NCBI GenBank assembly: GCA_036495425.1
Contig: DASXMW010000029.1
Location: 802 to 64,801, forward strand
Reading direction: 5' to 3'
Origin: Streptosporangiaceae bacterium
GTDB taxonomy: Bacteria; Actinomycetota; Actinomycetes; Streptosporangiales; Streptosporangiaceae
DNA: 64,000 nt
A program made the position numbers and the translations under genes. Of this stretch, positions 56,054 to 64,000 are shown piece after piece. Position 1 is the stretch's first letter, and each line of letters starts with the position of its first letter. The notes beneath the pieces were generated by a model that saw only the letters and a program-made list of their open reading frames with translations, was not told the DNA's origin and searched no databases.

Positions 56054-56748
56054 CCGGCCCCGGGCCGGCCCCTCCCGCGGACAGCGGCGGCGTCGAGTCC
56101 CTCTACCCCTTCCTGTACGCCGGGACCACCGACCCGGCCGCCGTGCTGCAACAGGTCCAGGCCTCCACCGTGGCCAAGATCGCGGAGATCGCCGAGCTGC
56201 GGCGGACCGTGGCCGAGCGCGACGCGGGCCGGCTGGCCGAGTGCGCGGCCGAGGCGGCCGGCCGGTTCGCGGCCGGAGGCCGGCTGTTCGCGTTCGGCAA
56301 CGGCGGCAGCGCCACCGACGCCGCCCAGCTGGCCACCCTGTTCCTGCACCCCGGCCGCGGCACCGGCCGCGACTGGCCGCCGCTGCCCGCCCTGGGCCTG
56401 GCCAGCGACACCTCGGTGCTGACCGCGCTGGCCAACGACGTCGGCGTGGAAGTGGTGTTCGCCCGCCAGCTGGCCGCCTTCGGCACCAAGCACGACATCG
56501 CGGTCGGCCTGTCCACCAGCGGCAACTCGGCCAACCTGGTCCGCGCCTTCGACGAGGCGGCCCGGCGCGGCATGCTCACCATCGGCCTGGCCGGCTACGA
56601 GGGCGGGACCATGGCCGAGCTGGACAGCATCGACTACCTGTTCGTGGCCCCGTCCACCTCGGTGCACCGCATCCAGGAGGCCCAGACCACGATCTACCAC
56701 GTGCTGTGGGAGCTGACCGTGGCCGCCTACGAGCAGACCCGCTCATGA
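56050..56748 (+). CDS. SIS-domain protein, hydrogenase-cluster paralogue 2
   Basis: GGRLFAFGNGGSATDAAQLATLF...GLSTSGNSANLV...IYHVLWELTV; ATGA overlaps at both ends. Confidence 0.75.
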   Translation: MTGPGPAPPADSGGVESLYPFLYAGTTDPAAVLQQVQASTVAKIAEIAELRRTVAERDAGRLAECAAEAAGRFAAGGRLFAFGNGGSATDAAQLATLFLHPGRGTGRDWPPLPALGLASDTSVLTALANDVGVEVVFARQLAAFGTKHDIAVGLSTSGNSANLVRAFDEAARRGMLTIGLAGYEGGTMAELDSIDYLFVAPSTSVHRIQEAQTTIYHVLWELTVAAYEQTRS

Positions 56749-57344
56749 CCGGCCAGCCGGGGACACAGGGCGCGCGGGTGCTGGTGGCCGGGGTCGGCAA
56801 CATCTTCCTCGGCGACGACGGCTTCGGCGTCGAGGTGGCCCGGCGGCTGGGCGCGCCCGAGGCCAGGGACCGGCTGCCGGACGGGGTCCAGGTCGGTGAC
56901 TACGGCACCAGCGGCATGCACCTGGCCTACGACCTGGCCGACCACGGCTACGAGACCACGATCCTGGTCGACGCGGCCCCGCGCGGCGAGCCGCCGGGCA
57001 CGCTGACCGTGCTCGAGGTCCGCGCCGAGGACCGGGCCAACCTGGCCAGCGCGGGTGGCCCGCAGCTGTTCAACGGCCACGGCATGCAGCCCGAGGTGGT
57101 GCTGGGCGTGCTGGACATGCTCGGCGCCGAGCCCGGGCGCATCCTGGTCGTGGCCTGCGAGCCCGCCTCGGCCGAACCAGGTATGAGCCTGTCGGCCCCG
57201 GTCGAGGCGGCCGTCGGTGCGGCCGTGGCCCTGGTCACCCGGCTCGCGACCGAGGCCACCAGCGCACCAGCCTTCGATCAGGTAAAGACGGAACCGGAGC
57301 GGCCGGAAAGCGATGCGCGCGCCGTGACCGGCCGGGAACGGTGA
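56745..57344 (+). CDS. Hydrogenase maturation endopeptidase (HybD/HupD/HycI family)
   Basis: VLVAGVGNIFLGDDGFGVEVARRL...GDYGTSGMHLAYDL...NGHGM. Confidence 0.8.
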   Translation: MTGQPGTQGARVLVAGVGNIFLGDDGFGVEVARRLGAPEARDRLPDGVQVGDYGTSGMHLAYDLADHGYETTILVDAAPRGEPPGTLTVLEVRAEDRANLASAGGPQLFNGHGMQPEVVLGVLDMLGAEPGRILVVACEPASAEPGMSLSAPVEAAVGAAVALVTRLATEATSAPAFDQVKTEPERPESDARAVTGRER

Positions 57345-57374
57345 CGATGAGGTTACTAGTGGGGAGATGGTCGT

Positions 57375-57644
57375 ATGTGCCTCGGCATTCCGGGTGAGGT
57401 GATCGAGCTCCTGGAGCAGCCGGACCTGGCCCGGGTCGACGTGAGCGGAGTCCGGCGGGTGATCAACATCGGGCTGCTGACCGAGGATCCGCCCGTGCCC
57501 GGCGAGTGGGTGCTGATCCACGTCGGCTTCGCCCTGTCCAAGATCGACGAGTCCGAGGCCGCGGCCGCCCTGTCGTTCCTGGAGGGGATCGGCCAGTCCT
57601 ACGCCGACGAGCTGGAAGCGCTCGCCGAATCCCGGATCGAGTAG
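57375..57644 (+). CDS. hypC: Hydrogenase assembly chaperone HypC
   Basis: Canonical MCLGIPGEVIE N-terminus. Confidence 0.9.
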   Translation: MCLGIPGEVIELLEQPDLARVDVSGVRRVINIGLLTEDPPVPGEWVLIHVGFALSKIDESEAAAALSFLEGIGQSYADELEALAESRIE

Positions 57645-57655
57645 AGGGGGCACTC

Positions 57656-58792
57656 ATGCGGTTCGTCGACGAGTTCCGTGACGCGGACAAGGCGCACGCG
57701 CTGTCAGCCAAGATCGCCGCGCTGTGCGAGCCCGGCCGCCAGTACAAGATCATGGAGGTGTGCGGCGGCCACACCCACACCATCTACAAACACGGCCTCG
57801 AGGACTACCTGCCCGAGTCGATCACGCTCGTGCACGGGCCCGGCTGCCCGGTGTGCGTGATCCCGATGGGCCGGGTCGACGACGCCATGCACCTGGCCGC
57901 CCAGGACGACGTGATCATGACCTCGTTCGGCGACATGATGCGGGTGCCCGGGAGCCAGGGCTCGTTCTTCGACGCCAAGGCGGCCGGCACCGACATCCGG
58001 ATGGTCTACTCGCCGCTGGACTCGCTGAAGATCGCGCGCAGCAACCCGGACAAGCGCGTGGTGTTCATGGCCATCGGGTTCGAGACCACCGCCCCCTCCA
58101 CCGCCATGACGATCATGCGCGCCGCCGCCGAAGGCCTGGAGAACTTCTCCGTCTTCTGCAACCACGTCACGATCGTCCCGGCCATCAAGGCCATCCTGGA
58201 CTCGCCCGACCTGCGGCTGGACGGCTTCCTGGGCCCGGGTCACGTGTCCACCGTGATCGGCTGCCGCCCGTACGAGTTCATCGCCCGCGACTACCGGCGG
58301 CCGGTGGTGGTGGCCGGGTTCGAGCCGCTGGACATCCTGCAGTCCATCTACATGCTCATGGTCCAGCTGTCCGAGGGCCGCTCGGAGGTGGAGAACCAGT
58401 ACTCGCGGGTGGTCCCGTGGGACGGTAACCCGGTCGCGCTCAAGGTCATCGGCCAGACCATGCAGCTGCGGCCGTACTTCGAGTGGCGCGGCCTGGGCTT
58501 CATCTCGCACTCGGCCCTCAGCGTCAAGGAGCAGTACGCCAAGTTCGACGCGGAACTGCTGTTCGACGTGCCCGGCGTCCGGGTCGCCGACCCCAAGGCC
58601 TGCCAGTGCGGCGAGGTGCTCAAGGGCGTGCTCAAACCTTGGGAGTGCAAGGTGTTCGGTACCGCCTGTACCCCGGAGACGCCCATCGGGACCTGCATGG
58701 TCTCGCCCGAGGGCGCCTGCGCGGCCTACTACAACTTCGGCCGGATGAACCGGACCCGGGTGGCCGAAGTGACGATCGGGAGCCGGCCGTGA
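57656..58792 (+). CDS. hypD: Hydrogenase Fe(CN)2CO-assembly protein HypD
   Basis: MEVCGGHTH, GPGCPVCV, FETTAP motifs. Confidence 0.92.
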   Translation: MRFVDEFRDADKAHALSAKIAALCEPGRQYKIMEVCGGHTHTIYKHGLEDYLPESITLVHGPGCPVCVIPMGRVDDAMHLAAQDDVIMTSFGDMMRVPGSQGSFFDAKAAGTDIRMVYSPLDSLKIARSNPDKRVVFMAIGFETTAPSTAMTIMRAAAEGLENFSVFCNHVTIVPAIKAILDSPDLRLDGFLGPGHVSTVIGCRPYEFIARDYRRPVVVAGFEPLDILQSIYMLMVQLSEGRSEVENQYSRVVPWDGNPVALKVIGQTMQLRPYFEWRGLGFISHSALSVKEQYAKFDAELLFDVPGVRVADPKACQCGEVLKGVLKPWECKVFGTACTPETPIGTCMVSPEGACAAYYNFGRMNRTRVAEVTIGSRP

Positions 58793-59988
58793 CCACCCCA
58801 CCGCCCACCGGCTGGATCGAGCAGGCCCTGGCCGAGCACGACGAGCACGAACGGGGGGGCTCTCGGCCGGAGGCCCGCCGAGCCACTGCGGGCGTCAGCG
58901 ACCGCGAGCAGCAGGTCCTGGACCGGATCGACCGCGCCCGCCGGCGGCGGCCCAAGGTCCGCGAGGAACGGATCACGATGTCGCACGGGGCCGGCGGCAA
59001 GGCCACCCACACGCTGATCGAGGCGGTGTTCCTGGACAGCTTCCGCAACCCGCTGCTGGAGCCGCTGGAGGACGCGGCCACGCTAGCCGTCTCACTGGCC
59101 GCCGGGCCGGCCCAGGTCGCCCTGACCACCGACTCCTACGTGGTCTCGCCGCTGTTCTTCCCGGGCGGGGACATCGGCGAACTGGCCGTCAACGGCACCG
59201 TCAACGACCTGGCCGTGAGCGGGGCCACCCCGCGCTACCTGTCGGCCGGGTTCATCCTCGAGGAAGGCTTCCCGGTCGCCGACCTGACCCGGATCGCCGA
59301 GTCCATGCGGGACGCGGCGGCCGCGGCCGGGGTGCAGATCGTCACCGGCGACACCAAGGTCGTCCAGCGCGGCAAGGCCGACGGCTGCTACATCAACACC
59401 GCCGGGGTCGGGGTCTTCGACCGCGACCTGCCCGCCGGCGGGCTGGGCGTGGCCCAGGCCCGGCCGGGTGACGCGATCATCGTGTCCGGCCCGGTCGGCG
59501 ACCACGGCATCACGATCATGCTGGCCCGCGGCGAGCTGGACATCGAAGCCGACGTGGTGTCCGACACCGCCCCCCTCAACGGGCTGGTGGCCGGGCTGGT
59601 CGACCGGGTGCCCGGGGTCCGCGCCCTGCGCGACGCCACCCGCGGCGGGGTGGCCACGATCCTCAACGAGATCGCCACCGCGGCCGACGTCGGCGTGCTG
59701 GTCAGCGAGGACGCCATCCCGGTCCGGCCCGAGGTCCGCGGGGCCGCCGAACTGCTCGGCATCGACCCGATGTACGTGGCCTGCGAGGGCCGCCTGGTCG
59801 CCGTGGTCGACGGGAACCAGGTCGACGAGGCCCTGGCCGCGCTGCGCGCCCACCCGCTCGGGGTCCAGGCCGCGGTCATCGGGCGGGTCAACGGCGACAC
59901 CCCCGGCCTGGTCCACCTGAAGACCGCGTTCGGTGGCACCCGCATCGTCGACCTGCTGGTGGGCGACCCGCTGCCGCGGATCTGCTGA
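58789..59988 (+). CDS. hypE: Hydrogenase maturation protein HypE (carbamoyl dehydratase) with extended N-terminus
   Basis: ITMSHGAGGKATHTLIE..., C-terminal ...DPLPRIC; GTGA overlap with hypD. Confidence 0.9.
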   Translation: MTTPPPTGWIEQALAEHDEHERGGSRPEARRATAGVSDREQQVLDRIDRARRRRPKVREERITMSHGAGGKATHTLIEAVFLDSFRNPLLEPLEDAATLAVSLAAGPAQVALTTDSYVVSPLFFPGGDIGELAVNGTVNDLAVSGATPRYLSAGFILEEGFPVADLTRIAESMRDAAAAAGVQIVTGDTKVVQRGKADGCYINTAGVGVFDRDLPAGGLGVAQARPGDAIIVSGPVGDHGITIMLARGELDIEADVVSDTAPLNGLVAGLVDRVPGVRALRDATRGGVATILNEIATAADVGVLVSEDAIPVRPEVRGAAELLGIDPMYVACEGRLVAVVDGNQVDEALAALRAHPLGVQAAVIGRVNGDTPGLVHLKTAFGGTRIVDLLVGDPLPRIC

Positions 59989-59993
59989 TTGCC

Positions 59994-60326
59994 GTGCACG
60001 AGGCCGCCATTGCCGAAGGCCTGGTCGACGGGGTCACCGAGCGGCTCCCGGGCCAGCGGATCGCCGCCGTCCGGGTCGAGATCGGCGCGCTGTCCGGCGT
60101 GGTCCCGGACAGTCTCCGGTTCTGCTTCGACCTGGCCACCGAGGGCACCCCGCTGGCCGGCGCCGACCTGGAGATCTCCGAGCCCGAGGCCCGGTGTGAC
60201 TGCCGGGACTGCGGCCTGGAGTTCGAACCGGAGGACAGCCGGATCCTGCTCTGTCCCTGCGGCAGCGCCAACGTGGCCGTGATCTCCGGCCAGCAACTGC
60301 TGATCACCTCGGTAAAGGTGGCCTGA
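59994..60326 (+). CDS. hypA: Hydrogenase nickel insertion protein HypA
   Basis: MHE N-terminus (GTG start), zinc site CxxC...CPxC (CDCRDCG...CPCG). Confidence 0.85.
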   Translation: MHEAAIAEGLVDGVTERLPGQRIAAVRVEIGALSGVVPDSLRFCFDLATEGTPLAGADLEISEPEARCDCRDCGLEFEPEDSRILLCPCGSANVAVISGQQLLITSVKVA

Positions 60327-60328
60327 CC

Positions 60329-61072
60329 ATGTGCGCGACCTGCGGATGCACGCCTGCCGAGCACGATCACGGCGGGCACGGCCACGGCCACGGGCACGGC
60401 GAGGAGATCACGCTCGAGCAGAAGATCCTGGCCAAGAACGACGACCTGGCCGGGCAGAACCGCGCCTGGCTGCGCGAACGCGGCATCCTGGCCGTCAACC
60501 TGATGAGCTCGCCCGGTTCGGGCAAGACCACCCTGCTCGAACGGTGCGGCCGCGACCTGGCCGGGCGGCTGGCGCTGGCGGTCATCGAAGGCGATCAGGA
60601 GACCGACCTCGACGCCGACCGCATCCGGGCCGCGGGCAGCCAGGTGGTCCAGATCAACACCGGGGCCGGCTGCCACCTGGACGCGGCCATGGTCGGCGGC
60701 GCCCTGCGCACCCTGGACCCGGCGCCCGGCTCGGTGGTGGTCATCGAGAACGTCGGCAACCTGGTCTGCCCGGCCCTGTTCGACCTGGGCGAGGCCGCGC
60801 GGGTGGTGCTGGCCTCGGTCACCGAGGGCACCGACAAGCCGCTCAAGTACCCGCAGATGTTCCGCCGCGCCGACCTGGTGGTCATCACCAAGACCGACCT
60901 CGGGCCCTACGTGGACTTCGACGTGGCCAGGTTCGGCGAGTACATCGGCCAGGTCAGCCCGCGGGCCATGATGATCCACCTGTCTTCGGTCACCGGTGAC
61001 GGCCTGGGCCAGTGGTACGACTGGCTGGCCGGCCGGGTCCCGGCCCCGGGCCGCGACCCGGCTCTCTCGTGA
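60329..61072 (+). CDS. hypB: Hydrogenase nickel-incorporation GTPase HypB
   Basis: MCATCGC N-terminus, His/Gly stretch, P-loop SPGSGKTT, ENVGNLVCPA. Confidence 0.9.
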   Translation: MCATCGCTPAEHDHGGHGHGHGHGEEITLEQKILAKNDDLAGQNRAWLRERGILAVNLMSSPGSGKTTLLERCGRDLAGRLALAVIEGDQETDLDADRIRAAGSQVVQINTGAGCHLDAAMVGGALRTLDPAPGSVVVIENVGNLVCPALFDLGEAARVVLASVTEGTDKPLKYPQMFRRADLVVITKTDLGPYVDFDVARFGEYIGQVSPRAMMIHLSSVTGDGLGQWYDWLAGRVPAPGRDPALS

Positions 61073-61173
61073 GTCAGCGGGCGCGAATCGTCCCCTGTTG
61101 TCCACGGTGTGCATGTTGGGACCAAAGGCCCTTGGTCTGCGGCGAAATGTCCACGTAACTTGATGGAGATAGG

Positions 61174-61223
61174 CCGCTGGCCCACTCGGGGCGACAATGA
61201 AGTCGCTCCTGGTGGGCCAGCGG
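61174..61223. terminator. Hairpin with 12-bp perfect stem (CCGCTGGCCCAC/GTGGGCCAGCGG) between convergent hypB and hypF
   Basis: Read directly; 26-nt loop with an internal short stem. Confidence 0.4.
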
Positions 61224-61227
61224 AGTT

Positions 61228-63569
61228 TCAGGCCCGGTCCCGGGCCGCGGCGATGACCGCCTGGCCGAGGCTGATGCCGCCGTCGTTGCAGGGCACCTGG
61301 CCGTGGGTCAGCACCCGGAAGCCCCGCCCCTCCAGCCGGGCCACGGTTTCTTCCAGCAGCAGCAGGTTCTGGAACACCCCGCCCGACAGGGCCACCGTGG
61401 ACAGGCCCGCGCGCTCGCGGATCAGCTCGCAGCCGTCCGCGATCAGCCCGGCCACGCCGTGGTGGAAGCGGGCCGCGATGGCGGGCCGCCCGATCCCGGC
61501 GGCCAGGTCGGCGGCGGCCTGGGCGACCAGGTCCGTCCCCGCCACCGTGAACGGTGCGCCCGCCGTGATCGCCGCCCGGTAGGACCCCCGCTCACCCGGG
61601 TCGGCCAGCTGTTCCAGCTCCACCGCGGCCTGGCCCTCGTAGTTGATGGCGTCCCTGATTCCGAGCAGGGCCGACACCGCGTCGAACAACCGCCCGGCAC
61701 TGGAGGTCAGCGGGCTGTTGACGCCCTGGCGGGCCATGGACAGCACCGCGCCCCACTGGTCCTCGTGCCGCCGGGCCACAGCCAGCCCGGCCCCGGCCCC
61801 TCGGGCAGGTACGCCGCGGCCATTCGCCACGGCTGCCGAATCGCGGCCGCGCCGCCCGGCATCGGAACCGGGGCCAGGTGCCCGGCCCGTTCGAACGCCG
61901 CCGTCTCCGCCACCAGGAACTCGCCGCCCCAGATGGTGCCGTCCGGGCCGTAGCCGGTGCCGTCGAAGGCGACCCCGATGACCGGGCCTTCGACCCCGCA
62001 GTCGGCCAGGCAGGACGCGATGTGCGCGTGGTGGTGCTGCACGCCGATCAGGTCCACGCCGTCCAGGTCGAGGGCGTACTTCGTGGACAGGTACTCCGGG
62101 TGCAGGTCGTGCGCGACCACGGCCGGCTCGATGCCGAACAGCCGCCCCAGGTGCTCGATCCCCTCGGTGAACGAGCGCAGCGTCTCCGCGTTCTCCAGGT
62201 CGCCGATGTGGTGCGAGATGACCACCGTGTCGCCCTGGGCCAGGCAGAACGTGTTCTTAAGCTCGGCCCCGCAGGCCAGCACCGGGCGCCGGAACCGGGT
62301 GGCCACCCGCACCGGTTCCGGTGCGTAACCCCGTGACCGCCGTAGCACGGTTTTTTTATGGTCGAATATCCGCGCTACCGAGTCATCGGTCCGGATATGG
62401 ATGTCACGGTCGTGGGTCAGGAAGGCGTCCGCGATCGCGGCCAGCCGGTCGCGCGCGTCGTAATCGGTGTAGGCGATCGGCTCGTCGGAGATGTTGCCGC
62501 TGGTCAGCACGATGGGGCCGCCGACCGCGCGGAGCAGCAGGTGGTGCAGGGGGGTGTAGGGCAGCATGACCCCGAGCTGCCGGTTGCCGGGCGCCACCGC
62601 CGCGGCCACCGCGGCGGCCGACGGGTCCGGCGGGTCCGGGCGCCGGGGCAGCAGCACGATCGGCCGGGCCGGGCTGGCCAGCAGGCCGGCCGCGGCCTCG
62701 CTCACCTCGGCCAGGGCCCGGGCCGCGGTCACGTCCGCCGCCATCACCGCGAACGGCTTGTCTTCCCGGTGCTTGCGGGCCCGCAGCGCCGCGGTGGCCT
62801 GCTCGGACGCGGCCCAGGCGGCCAGGTGGTAGCCGCCCAGGCCCTTGACGGCCAGGATCTGCCCGTCCCGCAGCCGGGTCGCCGCCGCCGCGACCGGGTC
62901 GCCCGCACCGGCCAGGGGCGCGCCGTCCGGGCCGGTCAGGGCCAGGCGGGGCCCGCAGTCCGGGCAGCAGGTTGGCTCCGCGTGAAATCTCCGGTTGGCC
63001 GGGTCGCGGTATTCGGCCGCGCAGGCCGCGCACATGGTGAACGGGGCCATGGTCGTCCGGGCCCGGTCGTAGGGGACGTCGCGCACGATCGTGAACCGTG
63101 GACCGCAGTTGGTGCAGTTGATGAACGGGTAGCCGAACCGCCGGTCGGCCGGGTCGGCCAGCTCACGCAGGCAGTCGGCGCAGGTGGCGGTGTCCGGCGA
63201 CACCAGGGCCCGGGGCGGCCCGGCCCGCGCTGGGCTGGCCACGATCGTGAAGCCGCGCTCGCCGTCCGGGCCGGCCGCCTCGAGCGGCTCGAGCGGCCAG
63301 GAGCGCACCCGGTCCACCCGGGCCAGCGGCGGCGCCTCGCGGGCCAGCCGCCGCAGGAACTGCTCGACGGCGGGGGCGGACCCTTCGACCTCGGCAAAGA
63401 CCCCGTCGGCGTCGTTGCCGACGAGGCCGCCCAGGCTGAGCCCGGACGCCAGGGTGTACACGAACGGCCGGAAGCCGACGCCCTGCACGATCCCCTCCAC
63501 CCGGACCGCTTTCCGGACCCGTTGCGTCACCTTCCCAGTCTGGCCGGATGCCGGGCTATTGGCCAGCAC
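61228..63569 (-). pseudogene. hypF: Hydrogenase maturation carbamoyltransferase HypF, split by a single frameshift (or sequence error) near 61785-61812
   Basis: ORF 61707..63569 carries the acylphosphatase (VEGIVQGVGFRPFVY), two Zn fingers (CxxC...CxxCGPR twice) and YrdC-like parts up to ...AIRQPWRMAAAYLPEG; ORF 61228..61830 in another frame continues with LAVARRHEDQW...SPLTSSAGRLFDAV... to the normal C-terminus; alternative start GTG 63530. Confidence 0.8.
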
Positions 63570-63999
63570 CCTCCGGGGCCCGGGTGAACAGCTCTTTGAG
63601 CCCGGGTACCTCGTCGTCCTCGGCCAGCAGCAGGACCTCGTCGCCCGCGGACAGCCGCGTATCGGCGCGGGCCGGGACCAGCTGGCCGTCCCGGATGATG
63701 AAGATCACCCAGGCGTCGTCGCCGCAGGACAGGTCGGCCAGCGTGCTCCCGTCGGCCGGGGCCGACCGGGCGACCACGAAGCGGTGCAGCCCCTCGGGCT
63801 CCTCCCGGAACCGCACGCCCAGGCTCCATGGCTCCGGCTCGATGATCCGCAGCGGCACCCGCAGCCGGTGGGCCAGCGCGGGCACGGACCCGCCCTGGAT
63901 CACCACCGAGAACGCCACCACCACGAAGATGATCTCGTAGACCCGATGGGCGCCGCTCAGTCCCGACTGGACGATGTACGTGCCCAGCAGCACCGGCAC
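63556..63999 (-). CDS. Cation:proton antiporter C-terminal part with RCK_C/TrkA-C domain (5' end outside window)
   Basis: TM segment IIFVVVAFSVVIQGGS then ...ADGSTLADL...VIFIIRDGQLVPARADTRLSAGDEVLLLAED. Confidence 0.6.
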   Translation of the reverse strand: MPVLLGTYIVQSGLSGAHRVYEIIFVVVAFSVVIQGGSVPALAHRLRVPLRIIEPEPWSLGVRFREEPEGLHRFVVARSAPADGSTLADLSCGDDAWVIFIIRDGQLVPARADTRLSAGDEVLLLAEDDEVPGLKELFTRAPEGAGQ

Positions 64000-64000
64000 C

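Overview
Very GC-rich chromosomal segment with typical Actinomycetota gene content and order. Most of the window is conserved housekeeping: the atpC end of the atp operon, DUF2550, a PduO-type adenosyltransferase, nucS, a FilP-like coiled-coil gene, mce-thiolase-meaB, malic enzyme, pncA/pncB, clpS, mec-cysO-cysM, rph-rdgB, bcp and one tRNA-Leu(UAG). Two accessory blocks stand out.

(1) 7.9-17.8 kb: a translationally coupled three-gene SMC-like operon of the Wadjet type II / EptABCD kind (TIGR02677-, TIGR02678- and TIGR02680-like; jetA, jetB, jetC). The expected fourth gene, the Toprim nuclease JetD (TIGR02679), is missing. The jetC stop codon directly abuts a degenerate IS5-family transposase remnant. 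The upstream flank carries a frameshifted remnant of a mycothiol-dependent isomerase-like gene. A lower-GC islet follows, with a DUF2007 gene, an ECF sigma factor and a membrane partner.

(2) 45.4-63.6 kb: tRNA-Leu, an intact vapBC module, then a complete group 1h (actinobacterial, Tat-less) [NiFe]-hydrogenase locus. It comprises hhyS-hhyL plus five tightly coupled accessory genes, including a 34-aa membrane peptide, and a divergent hybrid regulator flanked by a repeated palindrome. A yceI-SIS-HypC-like-SIS-protease-hypCDEAB maturation operon follows, and a convergent hypF is split by a frameshift.

Other observations:
- a degenerate second TA module
- a RibD-like protein with swapped domain order
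- a disordered-tail membrane protein ORF that runs antisense into a helicase gene
- several strong hairpin terminators

No rRNA or CRISPR array was found. All family assignments rest on reading motifs in the supplied translations; no searches were run.
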